The notes beneath the pieces are model-generated. The model saw nothing but the letters and a program-made list of their open reading frames with translations, ran no database searches and was not told where the DNA came from. A stretch of DNA of 64,000 bases from Tortispora ganteri (Eukaryota), in contig PPNB01000008.1 in assembly GCA_003707115.1 (NCBI GenBank), positions 62,001 to 126,000 on the forward strand, given 5' to 3'. The position numbers and the translations under genes were made by a program. Positions 1-11,090 of this stretch are shown in pieces. Position 1 is the first letter of the stretch, and every line of letters starts with the position of its first letter.

Positions 1-2094
1 GAGGAGGTCATGGAAATGATTCTGAAGGGTAACGAAAATCGTACCATGTCACCTACTGAAGCAAATGCCACGTCTTCTCGCTCTCATGCCGTTCTTCAAA
101 TTAATATAGTTCAACGTGACCGTACCGCAGCCTTAACCGAAGCGCATACATTTGCAACGCTCTCTATCATTGATCTTGCCGGCAGTGAACGAGCGTCAGC
201 GACGAAAAATCGCGGTGAACGTCTTCTTGAAGGAGCAAATATTAACAAATCGTTGCTTGCTTTAGGAAATTGCATCAACGCCCTTTGTGACCCAAAGCGT
301 CACAATCATGTTCCTTATAGAGATTCTAAATTGACGCGTCTTTTGAAATTCTCACTTGGAGGAAATTGCAAAACAGTGATGATTGTTTGTGTCAGTCCTT
401 CCAGTCAGCATTATGATGAAACGTTGAATACTCTAAAGTACGCAGACCGCGCTAAGAAGATAAAAACCAAAGTGACGAGAAATGAACATAACCTGGATCG
501 CCATGTAGGTTCATATCTAAAGATGATTGCCGAGCTACGTGCCGAAATCAGTGAGCTGAAAGAGAAGTCTGTTCATGATAATTCGGTTTTAAGGAAGCCA
601 ATGGGTAAGCTTGAAGAAAATTGGGATCGAGCTTTCAAAGCAGCGACTGCTAAACTTCTCAATCTTCATAATGATCAAATGACTACACGCGAACAGAGGG
701 TCAATCAAATAAAGAGACAACGTCAGTGTAAATGGCAGATAATGCTTTTAAATCATTGGATTTCAGCTGCGGATTTGTTACTTAATACTCCAGAATTTAC
801 ACCTTACATCCCTGAAATGTCGAACGCTGTTAGTGAAGCAGAGACTCTTCTTGGTAATTTAACATCAGAATCAGAAGCACTTGCTTCTAGCATTGGCACT
901 ATCGCTATTGGTGAGAAAAAATTTGATGATCAAGTGAGCTCTTTAACCAGAAAATTGCAAGAAACTGACAAGTGTTCACCTATATATTTATCTGCGTTTA
1001 CAGCATATGCAGAAAAACTTAAAGTGATTGCTGAAAAGCAGATTGCAGAAGGTAGTGTATACGAACCGGCTACTGATTCAGAAGGTCCGATTGCATACAA
1101 GGATGCGATAACTTCTCTATCATCGCGTCTTTCAAGTATAGTGTTGAACTGTACACAGAATCTGAGCATTGAAGGAGAGCAAGTGCTGCGTGGACTCTCA
1201 GAAGATCTTATGGGGTGGTATAAAAACATAACTTCATGCGTGGAAAAGAGTGAAGATGAATTGATGAATAATTCATTGGCATTTAGGCCGATTATGCCTA
1301 GTGCTGATGCACGGCTCCTGAGCCCAAGCAGAAAGCAGCATAAGACATTTGGCGTTCGTCAACTTGGCAAAGTTGTAATACCACTTTCACCTTCAAAGAC
1401 ATTGAAACGATCTGCAGTTAAAGCAGGAGTGGTGATTTCTTCACCTAAAGCAAGGAAGAAATCAACGAAACAAGTACGCTGGCGCGATGAGAAACTACAA
1501 GAGTGCCTTTCTCCCGTTAAAAATTTTCCAGAAGATACTTCAGATGTTAATAAAACAAGGCAAGAAAAGTCTCTGCCTCCATATAAAGACACTGCTACCA
1601 ATTCGAAATTCAGTGAGGCGCATGCTAAAGAAAAGAAGGATCAAGAGGATGAGAATGTGGATTCAGACATCGATGAGTTGCCTGAGATTCCCAAGCTGAA
1701 TTTTCCCAACCTTGTCAAGATGAGGAGTGAGAATGTCGAGATGGTTGATGAACCTGCGGAGATCAAGGCAGTCACGGAGACTCTGTTGTCAGTGACAAAA
1801 GAATTTGACTCAGCGAAACCGGTGTCGCATGTGAACGTAGCACTCGGACAGGATTCCAACAAAATCCAACGGCAGCTAGATCGTCCTATAAAACGGCACA
1901 GTTTGTCTGTTGATCTGAGAAGCACACCACTGGATAAAGAGAATGCGGCAGGTATTGCTGAAAACCGCAGAGTGTCTTCTTTGGGGCTGCCATCACGATT
2001 AATGGGGCACACTGCTGCAAGCGCAATGAAGCAAGTAGGGATCAACAGGGCGAATGCTGATGTTAAGACAACTAGGCCTGCGCCTTGGAGATAA
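1..2094 (+). CDS. KIP3: Kinesin-8 motor protein, 5'-truncated by the window edge
   Basis: NATSSRSHA (switch I), DLAGSER (switch II), [14 protein letters not shown] and the kinesin-8 neck [13 protein letters not shown]; the frame is open to base 1. Confidence 0.9.
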   Translation, partial: EEVMEMILKGNENRTMSPTEANATSSRSHAVLQINIVQRDRTAALTEAHTFATLSIIDLAGSERASATKNRGERLLEGANINKSLLALGNCINALCDPKRHNHVPYRDSKLTRLLKFSLGGNCKTVMIVCVSPSSQHYDETLNTLKYADRAKKIKTKVTRNEHNLDRHVGSYLKMIAELRAEISELKEKSVHDNSVLRKPMGKLEENWDRAFKAATAKLLNLHNDQMTTREQRVNQIKRQRQCKWQIMLLNHWISAADLLLNTPEFTPYIPEMSNAVSEAETLLGNLTSESEALASSIGTIAIGEKKFDDQVSSLTRKLQETDKCSPIYLSAFTAYAEKLKVIAEKQIAEGSVYEPATDSEGPIAYKDAITSLSSRLSSIVLNCTQNLSIEGEQVLRGLSEDLMGWYKNITSCVEKSEDELMNNSLAFRPIMPSADARLLSPSRKQHKTFGVRQLGKVVIPLSPSKTLKRSAVKAGVVISSPKARKKSTKQVRWRDEKLQECLSPVKNFPEDTSDVNKTRQEKSLPPYKDTATNSKFSEAHAKEKKDQEDENVDSDIDELPEIPKLNFPNLVKMRSENVEMVDEPAEIKAVTETLLSVTKEFDSAKPVSHVNVALGQDSNKIQRQLDRPIKRHSLSVDLRSTPLDKENAAGIAENRRVSSLGLPSRLMGHTAASAMKQVGINRANADVKTTRPAPWR

Positions 2095-2466
2095 GCATTA
2101 GAGATAGTACCCTACACTAATATATGACCTTCATAATATAAAGGCACTGTGTAAAGCAGGAAGTAGATCAGAAGATGCGGAATTTATTTTACGGCTAATA
2201 GAGTTTTGACGTGGCTGAAATTGTAAGCAGTAAGTGGAATATATAAGCAAGCAGTATATCTTGAAGACATTGTTAATAGTGGCAATTATGTAGAGCGTTG
2301 CGATTGTTATTCTTTTACAGGAAAACAAAGCTTGCTTAAGTGATTGATAGCGTTGAGAAGAAGGAGGAAGTCCCAAATTTCCGAGTAGGAAGACATTACG
2401 GAGCAACATAAACTGCGACAAAGGATTACTGTGAGGAGCTGCTAGAAGGCGTTTTAAGAGCTGACA

Positions 2467-3741
2467 ATGATAGATTTTTTTGTAGGACATCCAACTACAA
2501 GATTGCTTCCGACTAAAGAGTTTCTAGCAGCGAGCGCAAGCTTGTTGAATCAGGATTCACCAGGCGACGATCATGACCTCATGGAGAGGCACCCAATGAA
2601 TTACGGGTCGGATCAAGGTGCTGTCAGTGTACGGAAAAAAATTGCCGCTTGGTCGGGTAAGAAGTACCATGAGACGATTGATCCTGAAAATATTATTATT
2701 ACGAATGGAGCGAGTTACGGGGCTATGAATGCATTGAAGATGTTCACAAATGCGGAGTCTGGATATACGAAGCAGGCATTCGTGATTTCGCCTACGTATT
2801 TTCTGTTTAATGCTATCATTGTGGATGCTGGGTTTGGTGGTAAGACGACATCTGTACCTGAAGGAGCTGAAGGCTGTGATATTGAGTTTCTCGAGCGAGA
2901 ATTACAACGTTGCGAAGAGAATATTCCGGACGTACCGCTAGAGAATGCTCTACGACATGTTTCTGACAACATGAGGAAAGACCGGATTATGTACAAGTAC
3001 TTCTTATACGGAGTTCCTACGTATTCGAATCCTTCTGGGATGGTTATGTCGCTCGAGTGTCGTAAGAAACTGGTCGCTCTGGCGCGTAAATACGACATGT
3101 TGATCTTGACAGACGATGTATACGATTTTCTATCGTATGATGAAATGCGATGTGAGAGCCCTCTGCCGCGACTTGTGAGTATCGATAGAAATAGTTTGCC
3201 TTCAGGGTCACCAGGAAACGTGATATCCAACTGCTCGTTTTCGAAGTTGCTCGGGGGAGGAGTGCGTTGTGGTTGGCAGGAGGCTGCTACCGAGCGTATT
3301 CCACATATTTTGATGCTTGGCGGCGCTAACTGGTCTGGTGGATGCCCCTCGCAGCTAAACTCTTTTATTATAGGAGAGATGATCGAGTCGGGCGCTCTGG
3401 ACAAGATCATAGATGGGCTCGTTACGGTTTTTGGTGAACGTGCTCACAAGTACACGACGTTCATGAGGAAATATTTGCCTGAAAAGACGAAGATTACAGG
3501 CGGTCAAGGGGGATATTTCTATTGGGTTGAACTGCCCGAAGAGATCGACGCTGCAGAGCTTGTAAAGGAAGCAACTAGACGCGGTGTGAGATTAGCGTCT
3601 GGAGGATTGTTTGAGACACCTGGAAAATCTTTAGGGTGGAGTAGATCGGCTATTAGAGTGTCATTGAGCAATGTTGATATTGCTGAAGCAGAAGAAGGAT
3701 TCAGAATATGGGGTGAATTGTGTAAGGAAATGATGAACTGA
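2467..3741 (+). CDS. PLP-dependent class I/II aminotransferase (YER152C-like)
   Basis: N-terminal FFxGHP, YSNPSG, DDVYDFL and the SFSK PLP lysine followed by GVRCGW. Confidence 0.85.
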   Translation: MIDFFVGHPTTRLLPTKEFLAASASLLNQDSPGDDHDLMERHPMNYGSDQGAVSVRKKIAAWSGKKYHETIDPENIIITNGASYGAMNALKMFTNAESGYTKQAFVISPTYFLFNAIIVDAGFGGKTTSVPEGAEGCDIEFLERELQRCEENIPDVPLENALRHVSDNMRKDRIMYKYFLYGVPTYSNPSGMVMSLECRKKLVALARKYDMLILTDDVYDFLSYDEMRCESPLPRLVSIDRNSLPSGSPGNVISNCSFSKLLGGGVRCGWQEAATERIPHILMLGGANWSGGCPSQLNSFIIGEMIESGALDKIIDGLVTVFGERAHKYTTFMRKYLPEKTKITGGQGGYFYWVELPEEIDAAELVKEATRRGVRLASGGLFETPGKSLGWSRSAIRVSLSNVDIAEAEEGFRIWGELCKEMMN

Positions 3742-3803
3742 GTGCCAAAGAGTCAATGTTAGTAGCCGCACCACCATCAACCTTAAACTGAGACATTTCC
3801 ATC

Positions 3804-4910
3804 ATGTCTAATGGATGCATAGACAGCATTAGCGGTATAGAAAGTGACTCTTTGCGCGTGGTTTCTTTGTATTCGAGCAAAAAGTATAATAGAAAAGCCA
3901 CAGAGACAGCATTAAAAGAAATAAAAACCACACGGTTTAAAGAATTGCGGATCTTAAGCTGCAGGAAAGTATTCGAAAGCATAGGCACGCCTGCTGAAGA
4001 ACTCACAAAAATCTATCATAATATTATTACCGAATACAATGGAAGCTATGATCGTATATTAGAGCCTGTTGCTGATCGACAATGCAAGATAGAAGAAGAT
4101 TTGGACGATGTTGAGCGGCTGGCCTTGTCAACGTTGAACGCATCTAAAACGCGAATCAGGAAATTGCAACTGGAATTCAGCATGTTGCAAAGGAAGAAAA
4201 ACTATAAAACAGTGGAACTTGCCGAAATGGTAGAATCGTGCTACAGAAGCGTATCCTCTATCTCTAAAAGACTCGTGGAGCTAGAAGCAGCACTTCCAGA
4301 GTACGACAGACTATCTACCGTGGACAGCCCGCATGCAGTGCATTATCCTATACTACATAAACAATTACGGAAACAGTTGTCTATAATACGTGAAAACAGC
4401 GATTCTGGAAGATCGACACCTAGTTTCACTAGTGGTATATCAGCTTCTAGTGGCGCGCGACCGCCACTGAGACATAAACCTTCTATCCCATCTAAACTGC
4501 TCACATACAACAAGTCCACACCTACAGTCCTGTCTATCCCACAGCAGAGAATTGCAGAACAAGCTGGAGCGCCACTGGTAACGTACAGTGAGGCTCCTTA
4601 CTCACCGTTAGTACCTCCGAAACCCATAAAAGACATCAACATGTCCTCTCCGCTGTTCGACAACAAAGGAATCAAACCGCGGACGTCTAGCGCCGCGACA
4701 GGGATCACGTTCGACGGGCGGGCGTCTAGTCTGCTGCCCGCGAGAGAAGCAGACACACTAAGTACAAAAAGCGTAATCGGTGCAGGCAACCGAAGAGCGC
4801 TCTCGATCTTGAGTAAGATCACTGGAAGGGCCGGCGGTGAAGAGATTCACAACGCCGCCAATGCATCGGCGGCAAACCATTTAAAAAGGCTCATGGGTAG
4901 CAGGTCATAA
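3804..4910 (+). CDS. Coiled-coil protein, probable BLOC-1 subunit Vab2-like
   Basis: Helical N-terminal half ending LPEYDRL...HAVHYPILHKQL, resembling the LP..L.....HYP.L motif I recall from yeast Vab2; low-complexity S/P tail. Confidence 0.55.
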   Translation: MSNGCIDSISGIESDSLRVVSLYSSKKYNRKATETALKEIKTTRFKELRILSCRKVFESIGTPAEELTKIYHNIITEYNGSYDRILEPVADRQCKIEEDLDDVERLALSTLNASKTRIRKLQLEFSMLQRKKNYKTVELAEMVESCYRSVSSISKRLVELEAALPEYDRLSTVDSPHAVHYPILHKQLRKQLSIIRENSDSGRSTPSFTSGISASSGARPPLRHKPSIPSKLLTYNKSTPTVLSIPQQRIAEQAGAPLVTYSEAPYSPLVPPKPIKDINMSSPLFDNKGIKPRTSSAATGITFDGRASSLLPAREADTLSTKSVIGAGNRRALSILSKITGRAGGEEIHNAANASAANHLKRLMGSRS

Positions 4911-4950
4911 TAAATTCTGAAAAAAGATAGAATTATGTGGTCAAACCGTT

Positions 4951-5742
4951 TCATGTTTTTGATTCTATTGGTTCAAGAACTTTGTCGGCGATTTCTGCGA
5001 ATTGCACAGCCAGCGCAGATTCTGAGTATAAGCTAATCAAATTACTGTCTTGCTTTTCGACTAGCTCTACGAGCTGCGGATCTATAGGAACTGAGCCCAA
5101 GAAGACGAATCCGTTATCTAGGGCGAGTTTCTTACCTCCACCGGACGAAAAAATATATGTACATTCCGAGCAATGTGGGCAGACATATCCGCTCATGTTC
5201 TCTATGACGCCGAGCACAGGGAGGTTTACTTTCCGACAGAAACTAATTTCTTTTCTGACATCTGCAGTAGCGACTGACTGTGGTGTAGTAACGAGGACGG
5301 CACCATCGGGTTTAAACTCTCTGAGTTGTTCCATGACGGCGATGTGCTCATCGGATGTGCCTGGCGGTGTATCGATGATTAAGTAATCAAGGTCGCCCCA
5401 ATACACATCTGTGAGAAATTGCCTGATCATTGCCGTTTTCTTAGGTCCCCTCCATATTACAGAATCGCCTCTATTGTTTAATAGAAAGCCCAGCGACATT
5501 ACTTTTAGCAATTTGTGCGCTTGAATAGGTACCCAGCCAGCTGTAGATTGCAGCACCTGCTTACCTTCTAGACCGAGCATTCTCGGTATAGAAGGTCCCG
5601 TCAGATCTATATCGAGGATCCCCACATTCTTTCCTTTGTTTAACAAACTTATCGCTAACTGAGTCGTAACCGATGACTTTCCTACGCCGCCTTTGCCACT
5701 CAGAACTAGTACAATATGCTTGACGCCGTCAATCCCCGACAT
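4951..5742 (-). CDS. CFD1: Cytosolic Fe-S cluster assembly P-loop NTPase (Nubp2)
   Basis: [47 protein letters not shown]; lacks the N-terminal Cys cluster of Nbp35. Confidence 0.93.
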   Translation of the reverse strand: MSGIDGVKHIVLVLSGKGGVGKSSVTTQLAISLLNKGKNVGILDIDLTGPSIPRMLGLEGKQVLQSTAGWVPIQAHKLLKVMSLGFLLNNRGDSVIWRGPKKTAMIRQFLTDVYWGDLDYLIIDTPPGTSDEHIAVMEQLREFKPDGAVLVTTPQSVATADVRKEISFCRKVNLPVLGVIENMSGYVCPHCSECTYIFSSGGGKKLALDNGFVFLGSVPIDPQLVELVEKQDSNLISLYSESALAVQFAEIADKVLEPIESKT

Positions 5743-5857
5743 TGGTGAAGGAGAGGTTTTACTCCCAGCGAATGTAACTTTCTACGTCTACTGCCGCCAC
5801 CTTATATCACTAAAAATGTCACAGAAACGTCATTTGTTATATATATATATATATCTA

Positions 5858-7447
5858 TTAAAATTGATCTGCCATACTAGAGGCTCTGCGAAGATATCCA
5901 CTGTACTTGATCAGTAAACTACCAATCAGCGTCATCGCAATGGAAATACCCGCCATCATTGTTGATGCACGGTCAATGCCCAGGTTGTGAAACGTGCCGG
6001 AGCCAAATAGCGGGAATGCCGCCGCAATGCATGATCTCCACACACAATTTGATATCATAACCGCTGACATATGACTGTAATACGCATGACCAATGTATCC
6101 GACAATTGGCTGGAACACAAACAGTACGCCAACCGGATAGATAGCCGCTCCTATTGTCGGGGCAATCCACGGAATGTCCGGCCGCGCAGTCCACCCGAAT
6201 ATTAACAGTCCAATAGGAATAAGGAGCGTCGGAAGAATCATTGCCTTAAAGTACACTTCAGGACCTTCAGTTTTTAGTCGCGGACTGATATAGTACTTCA
6301 AGCATAGATAGTAGAAAGAGAAGCCTATCACACATCCTACGCCGAGTGCAATGAACAGGATACCTTGTATTCCTTGATTGAAGTGGTACATGCCACCGTA
6401 AACCAGTGGGAATGACTCAAACCATAGGTAGAAAAGCCCGTACGTGAATCCGAGGAACAGATTCGTGTAAATTATAAGCGGTTCAAAGGACGCTCTCGCC
6501 GGCAGAATGAAGTTGTCATATAATTTTGTCGTGAGCGAAAACCCTTCACGGTTTTGTTCCCATACTGTCATGTAGCGATTGTCTCCGGTTTCTTTGCGAA
6601 TCTTTTTAGCTCTATTCAGAAGGATATGTTCTCCATACGTCTCTGGAGCTGTGAATAGCATGAGAATGAACCCGATACCACCAGAGCCCGTCAGAAAATA
6701 GAAGGGCCATCTCCACGAAGAGTTCATAACTGCATAGCCAATGATCACAGGGCCAAGAACAGGTCCTAACACAGCAGCACCTGCCCAAAGGAGTACCAAG
6801 TACGGCAACAATTCTCCATTGTACATATCGACAAACGAGTTTACACCGATTGACAATGCAGGACTAGCAAAGAAGCCAGCAAAGAATCTGCAAAACATTA
6901 ATGCTGAGTAGGTACCATTTACCATTGTGAATGGAATCTGAAGAACTGCAAACATGAGCAGCGAAAAACTGTATAGAGCGTTGCGTCCAACATGGGGCAT
7001 GTCGGCAAATGGGCCTAAGAAGAGCGGTCCAATGCCGTATCCTAATACGAAAAGTGACAATCCAAGCACTGCTTTAGTTGAGCTGACATCATAAATTTCC
7101 ATAACTTGAGGAATACATGCTGCATATACCGAGGAGCCGATATAAACAGCTACAGTTTGGTAGAAAATCATACTGGATACATAAACCTTTATTGCTTTGG
7201 GCCAGTTGTGCGGATCATCAGGATCGTCCTCTCCCTTCCAGGAAACTAGAAATCTTTCCTTGTCATCTTCATTCAAGACAAGGCCTGTCGTGAGATCTTC
7301 TTCGATCTTTTCAGATATTGAATGATCGCTTGGGGTACTCAATTGACTGTCGCCTTCTACAACAGAGTCAATATTTGGGAAAAGCCACCCATTAGTGGCA
7401 GTGTGAGATAGTCTAGCAAAAACTGAATGTGTTAGCAAGAAACTCAT
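5858..7447 (-). CDS. MFS drug:H+ antiporter, DHA1 family (Flr1/Mdr1-like)
   Basis: WKGEDDPDDPHNW, LSLFVLGYGIGP, WRWPF and PETY motifs; about 12 hydrophobic segments. Confidence 0.9.
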   Translation of the reverse strand: MSFLLTHSVFARLSHTATNGWLFPNIDSVVEGDSQLSTPSDHSISEKIEEDLTTGLVLNEDDKERFLVSWKGEDDPDDPHNWPKAIKVYVSSMIFYQTVAVYIGSSVYAACIPQVMEIYDVSSTKAVLGLSLFVLGYGIGPLFLGPFADMPHVGRNALYSFSLLMFAVLQIPFTMVNGTYSALMFCRFFAGFFASPALSIGVNSFVDMYNGELLPYLVLLWAGAAVLGPVLGPVIIGYAVMNSSWRWPFYFLTGSGGIGFILMLFTAPETYGEHILLNRAKKIRKETGDNRYMTVWEQNREGFSLTTKLYDNFILPARASFEPLIIYTNLFLGFTYGLFYLWFESFPLVYGGMYHFNQGIQGILFIALGVGCVIGFSFYYLCLKYYISPRLKTEGPEVYFKAMILPTLLIPIGLLIFGWTARPDIPWIAPTIGAAIYPVGVLFVFQPIVGYIGHAYYSHMSAVMISNCVWRSCIAAAFPLFGSGTFHNLGIDRASTMMAGISIAMTLIGSLLIKYSGYLRRASSMADQF

Positions 7448-8919
7448 GGTTTTAATTTGAACTGCAAAATAAGGAAGAATTTGCTACATATTTATATATG
7501 TCAATTGGGATGGAGTTTAGATGAGTAATCATTCGCAAGTTTACTTGGCATTGCAAATCTTACTAAACTTAACGGTTTTAGAACGCTAAAGAATCACTAA
7601 CGCACTCAATCATTGATTCTAGCGGTCTATCTTATCACACTTTGGTTGGCTTTAAATTCAATATTAAAGGGGTTAAGGTGATGCTTAATAAGCGGATCAA
7701 TTTAAGCTTCTGTCAGTCCTTAACTCAGCCAATAAAGTGCATGTAATACTCCCAATCTCGGATTTAAGTGGGTTTTAAATATTTTATCTGCTGCGTTAGA
7801 TCCGCAGAGAATTTCGATTTCCAATGTTGCAGGTTATATGCTCCTTTATTAGGATTTAAGGGACTGATTATGAGTCAGAATTGGAATTTCCAAATTATTG
7901 AAGTGTTAGAAACGGCTAGTCCAACTATTATACGTGCAGAATCAACATATGGGAACAATGACTAATGAAGCATTTAGCAATTGGAACAATTATGCAACTT
8001 CGCGCTCTTCAGCCAATGCATCTTCGTCTAAGCGTGCCATTCGAGAATAATGGTTGTCGACGATATTGAAATACACACTCTTGGACTGCCACCTGGGGAC
8101 TTTGTGCACATGCATCAAATCTGTTTCTTCGACTGTCTTATTTGAAGGCTATAGGCGAGCACAAAAGAGAAACAAATATTTTACAGACAGCTGCCATTGT
8201 GAAGTATCAATATGGCAATGCTCTAATGGCAAGATATCACTGTAGTATATCCAAGAGATAATTATTCTGAAAATCTCAAGAATGAGCCTGCATACTAGCA
8301 AGAAACCGATACCGAAACCATTGCTGAGTAGCCGTTGGGTTTATCTCTACCAGTGCATTCAATGAATACAGCAAGCATAAGATATCACGCGGTGGTGCCA
8401 TAGAGCATAATATTACGACCGTAAAAGTCCGATGCAGAGACCTTTATTGATATGAAAAAGGCGAAGTACGTTTTTGCAGACGGTGAGGTATAGTTGGACG
8501 AAATCGCGTATGCCAAGAAGTACAAGTGATTGTGCTCATAAGATTCGCGTAGAAACTCGCTGATGAAAAACTGTTGCAGTTTTACAGATAAATTATGGAA
8601 TTGTGGGTCTGCTATCGGATATGACTGTACCAGTGGGCCATGCGACCGATAGATTTTTGCGTTCAAGAGAACATCAAGAGGAAATTGGCTCGCTTGTGAG
8701 GCGGGGAGCCGAGAACAGATTAAACGAGACCTTCGTGACCTGGACAAATCATGGAATAGCTGCCCAAATATCGAAATATAGTAGTTATTTTTAAATTTAC
8801 TAAGAAAAATCGAGGCAGGCCAAAAAAACTCCACAGCTGGGCTGTGATCATGCTTGAACTAGTGGATATGTAGATACCTTTTTTGTATAGAATTAGACTT
8901 TTTCGCCTAACATACATAC

Positions 8920-9252
8920 ATGCAACAAGTTGATAAGTGGCCTGAAGACGCGTTATTAACTGCGACAGCGACCGCGCGATCAGCCTATCTAGATGGTGGA
9001 AACTACGCTTTATATTTGACAAATGACGCTATAACTTTATGGAACAATGCAGCGGCGTCAGGCAGAAAGATCCTACATGCGGACATCGCTCTACTCGCGA
9101 CTACAGACTATGGTTTGTATATACAACTAGACGGCGACGAGCTGCGCGAAATAGAAATAACTATTGATATTGGCGAAGATAAAAAACAGGAAATAGTATC
9201 CGCATGGTTGAGTGCAACTCCAAATTTTTCTGATGACTCAGATTCAAACTGA
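8920..9252 (+). CDS. Small pICln/Lot5-like (Voldacs PH-fold) protein
   Basis: LYLT..AITLW...GRKI..ADIALLA...LYIQL pattern and acidic tail resemble ICln; ATG in A-rich context after a TATAG element. Confidence 0.55.
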   Translation: MQQVDKWPEDALLTATATARSAYLDGGNYALYLTNDAITLWNNAAASGRKILHADIALLATTDYGLYIQLDGDELREIEITIDIGEDKKQEIVSAWLSATPNFSDDSDSN

Positions 9253-10782
9253 TTATGTTGTAGTATGAACGTCCCCTGATCCTCCAGGACTCAATGGGTA
9301 CACTGCCCTTCGTGGCGGCTCCCTGGGTCCTAGGGGACGATATGATTGCAGCTGCTGAGGTCCATTTTGCGTGGAAATCACCTGTGATCGCATTGGGTAC
9401 ATGTTTGGATAGTTTGATTGACCAGTGGTGGGCCTTCCAGCTGCCGTGACTGGTCGTACTTGCGGGGACATCCCGCCCCGCGTGTACGGCCTACCCCCGC
9501 GCGTACTGTTCATAGGAATACGCGTCATGTTAATATCGGGTTTTCCGGGGTACGGAATTGTGCTGACATTCAGCCGCCGCTGATACTGCGGCGATCGCGG
9601 TTTCATGTCTTCGTCTTGCAGATGCATCGCTCCCGGCCGACAGGGATCTGTCTCTCCCGGGGCGACTATAAGAACCTTTTTTGGCCAGCTGTCTTGTCTG
9701 GGTTGTTTTCTTGTACTGTCAATTGTTTGCTTGGACTGCGTAAACCTTCCTTCAATGTCATCATCTTGCACTGTCATCTGTGCATCTGACGTTGACACCG
9801 ATCTCGGTTTTTCATCTGGTTTTTCATCTGGCTTTTCATCTGGCTTTTCATCCGGCTCAGAAATAGCAATAGTTTCTGAAGAGCCTTCTCTTTCACTATT
9901 CTGGCCAGCAGTGACCGTGGACCAGTTGATATCGGCCGATATACTCTCTGAACTGGTATCAAACGTTTCAGACTCCGCCATCTCGGAGAATTTATCCCAG
10001 TCTGTAGCACCTAGCGATGATACCTCATTGATGGGCGGCAGAAGATTAGCACTTGCGCTGGCGTTCTTGGTCGGACTAGCTTTGGAAGCAGGAGACCCTT
10101 TATTATGCTCATCCCCAGACTGAAATTCTTCATCGAGGTCCTCGTCCAGCTTGAGTCTCTGTCGCCTGGATAGCATAAATGCTGCAAGAAGAGATCCCAC
10201 AGCTACTCCACCTGCAAAACTGCCAATGCTTGCTCCAATAATTGTCAATGTATTAGATAAACTGCTCGTCTGACTGTTTAATGTACTGTCGCTAACACCG
10301 CTAACAGTCGCGACTATCAGCGACGTGACACTGATTTCTGCGGTCACAGACGGTGTTGCTTGTTCTATGTACGCTGTTGCAGTTTGTTTTTCGTCTGGTG
10401 TGCCAGCTCGAACAGTCGTTGCAGGTATAGGAGGATGAGGAGGAGTTGTTAGATCTGCATTTCTAGTGTGGATTTGCAGTGTTGTATCTTCAGCAAAAAC
10501 TGGCTCTGTTCTAGGAATTGTGGTCGGTAGATCGTTATCAGTGACTTTAGAGTCAGGAGGCCTTTCAACGGCTGTTGGAACTGGATGGTCTTCTGAAGCA
10601 GCGACATTTTCTTGATCGGCAGTGTCCTGCACACTGGGTTCGTGTGTGATTACGGGGTCTGTTGGCACCAGGATAGGTTTTGAGTGCCTAGATTTGTCTA
10701 CGACTGCCAAACGGGTAGCTGCATGCTTGCGACGCCTTGGTAGCTTTGAATGAGGGCTCTTGTTGGGGAAGAATAGTGCCAT
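9253..10782 (-). CDS. Hypothetical single-pass membrane protein with T/P/S-rich N-terminal region
   Basis: 509-codon ORF with one hydrophobic segment (LTIIGASIGSFAGGVAVGSLLAAFML) followed by basic SRRQRLK. Confidence 0.75.
   Translation of the reverse strand: MALFFPNKSPHSKLPRRRKHAATRLAVVDKSRHSKPILVPTDPVITHEPSVQDTADQENVAASEDHPVPTAVERPPDSKVTDNDLPTTIPRTEPVFAEDTTLQIHTRNADLTTPPHPPIPATTVRAGTPDEKQTATAYIEQATPSVTAEISVTSLIVATVSGVSDSTLNSQTSSLSNTLTIIGASIGSFAGGVAVGSLLAAFMLSRRQRLKLDEDLDEEFQSGDEHNKGSPASKASPTKNASASANLLPPINEVSSLGATDWDKFSEMAESETFDTSSESISADINWSTVTAGQNSEREGSSETIAISEPDEKPDEKPDEKPDEKPRSVSTSDAQMTVQDDDIEGRFTQSKQTIDSTRKQPRQDSWPKKVLIVAPGETDPCRPGAMHLQDEDMKPRSPQYQRRLNVSTIPYPGKPDINMTRIPMNSTRGGRPYTRGGMSPQVRPVTAAGRPTTGQSNYPNMYPMRSQVISTQNGPQQLQSYRPLGPREPPRRAVYPLSPGGSGDVHTTT
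9808..9855 (-). repeat. 12-bp coding tandem repeat, about 4 copies (PDEK)
   Basis: ttttcatctgg(t/c) units translating to EPDEKPDEKPDEKPDEKP. Confidence 0.9.
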
Positions 10783-11090
10783 TTAGTTCAGCATATAATG
10801 ATGCAAGATGTGGTCAATGAAGGTATTAACTGCGCATATAGGCTGGCCCGTGCGCGCTTAGGTGGACACAGCGACTACGCCTATATGCATCCTGTATATA
10901 ATATGGCGAAACACGTTAAATCCTCTCTATAGGCTCGTCGCCGATCAGTTAACATGACTGCGATTACCTCTAAACCTAGAAAACCGTCTACTGCATTTTT
11001 AAGCCTTTGCACACCTCCCAAACCTCATCTCATCAAACTGCTACACCCACACTGTCTTTTTTTTGCATGGACATTAACTTTGCATAAAGC

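Noticed and set aside
2131..2490. 119-aa minus-strand ORF between KIP3 and the aminotransferase
   Set aside because: No recognisable motif, and it overlaps the start of a real gene
2715..3410. Long antisense ORFs (also 20029-20565, 49991-50572, 59996-60691)
   Set aside because: They lie opposite well-conserved genes and have no independent protein features
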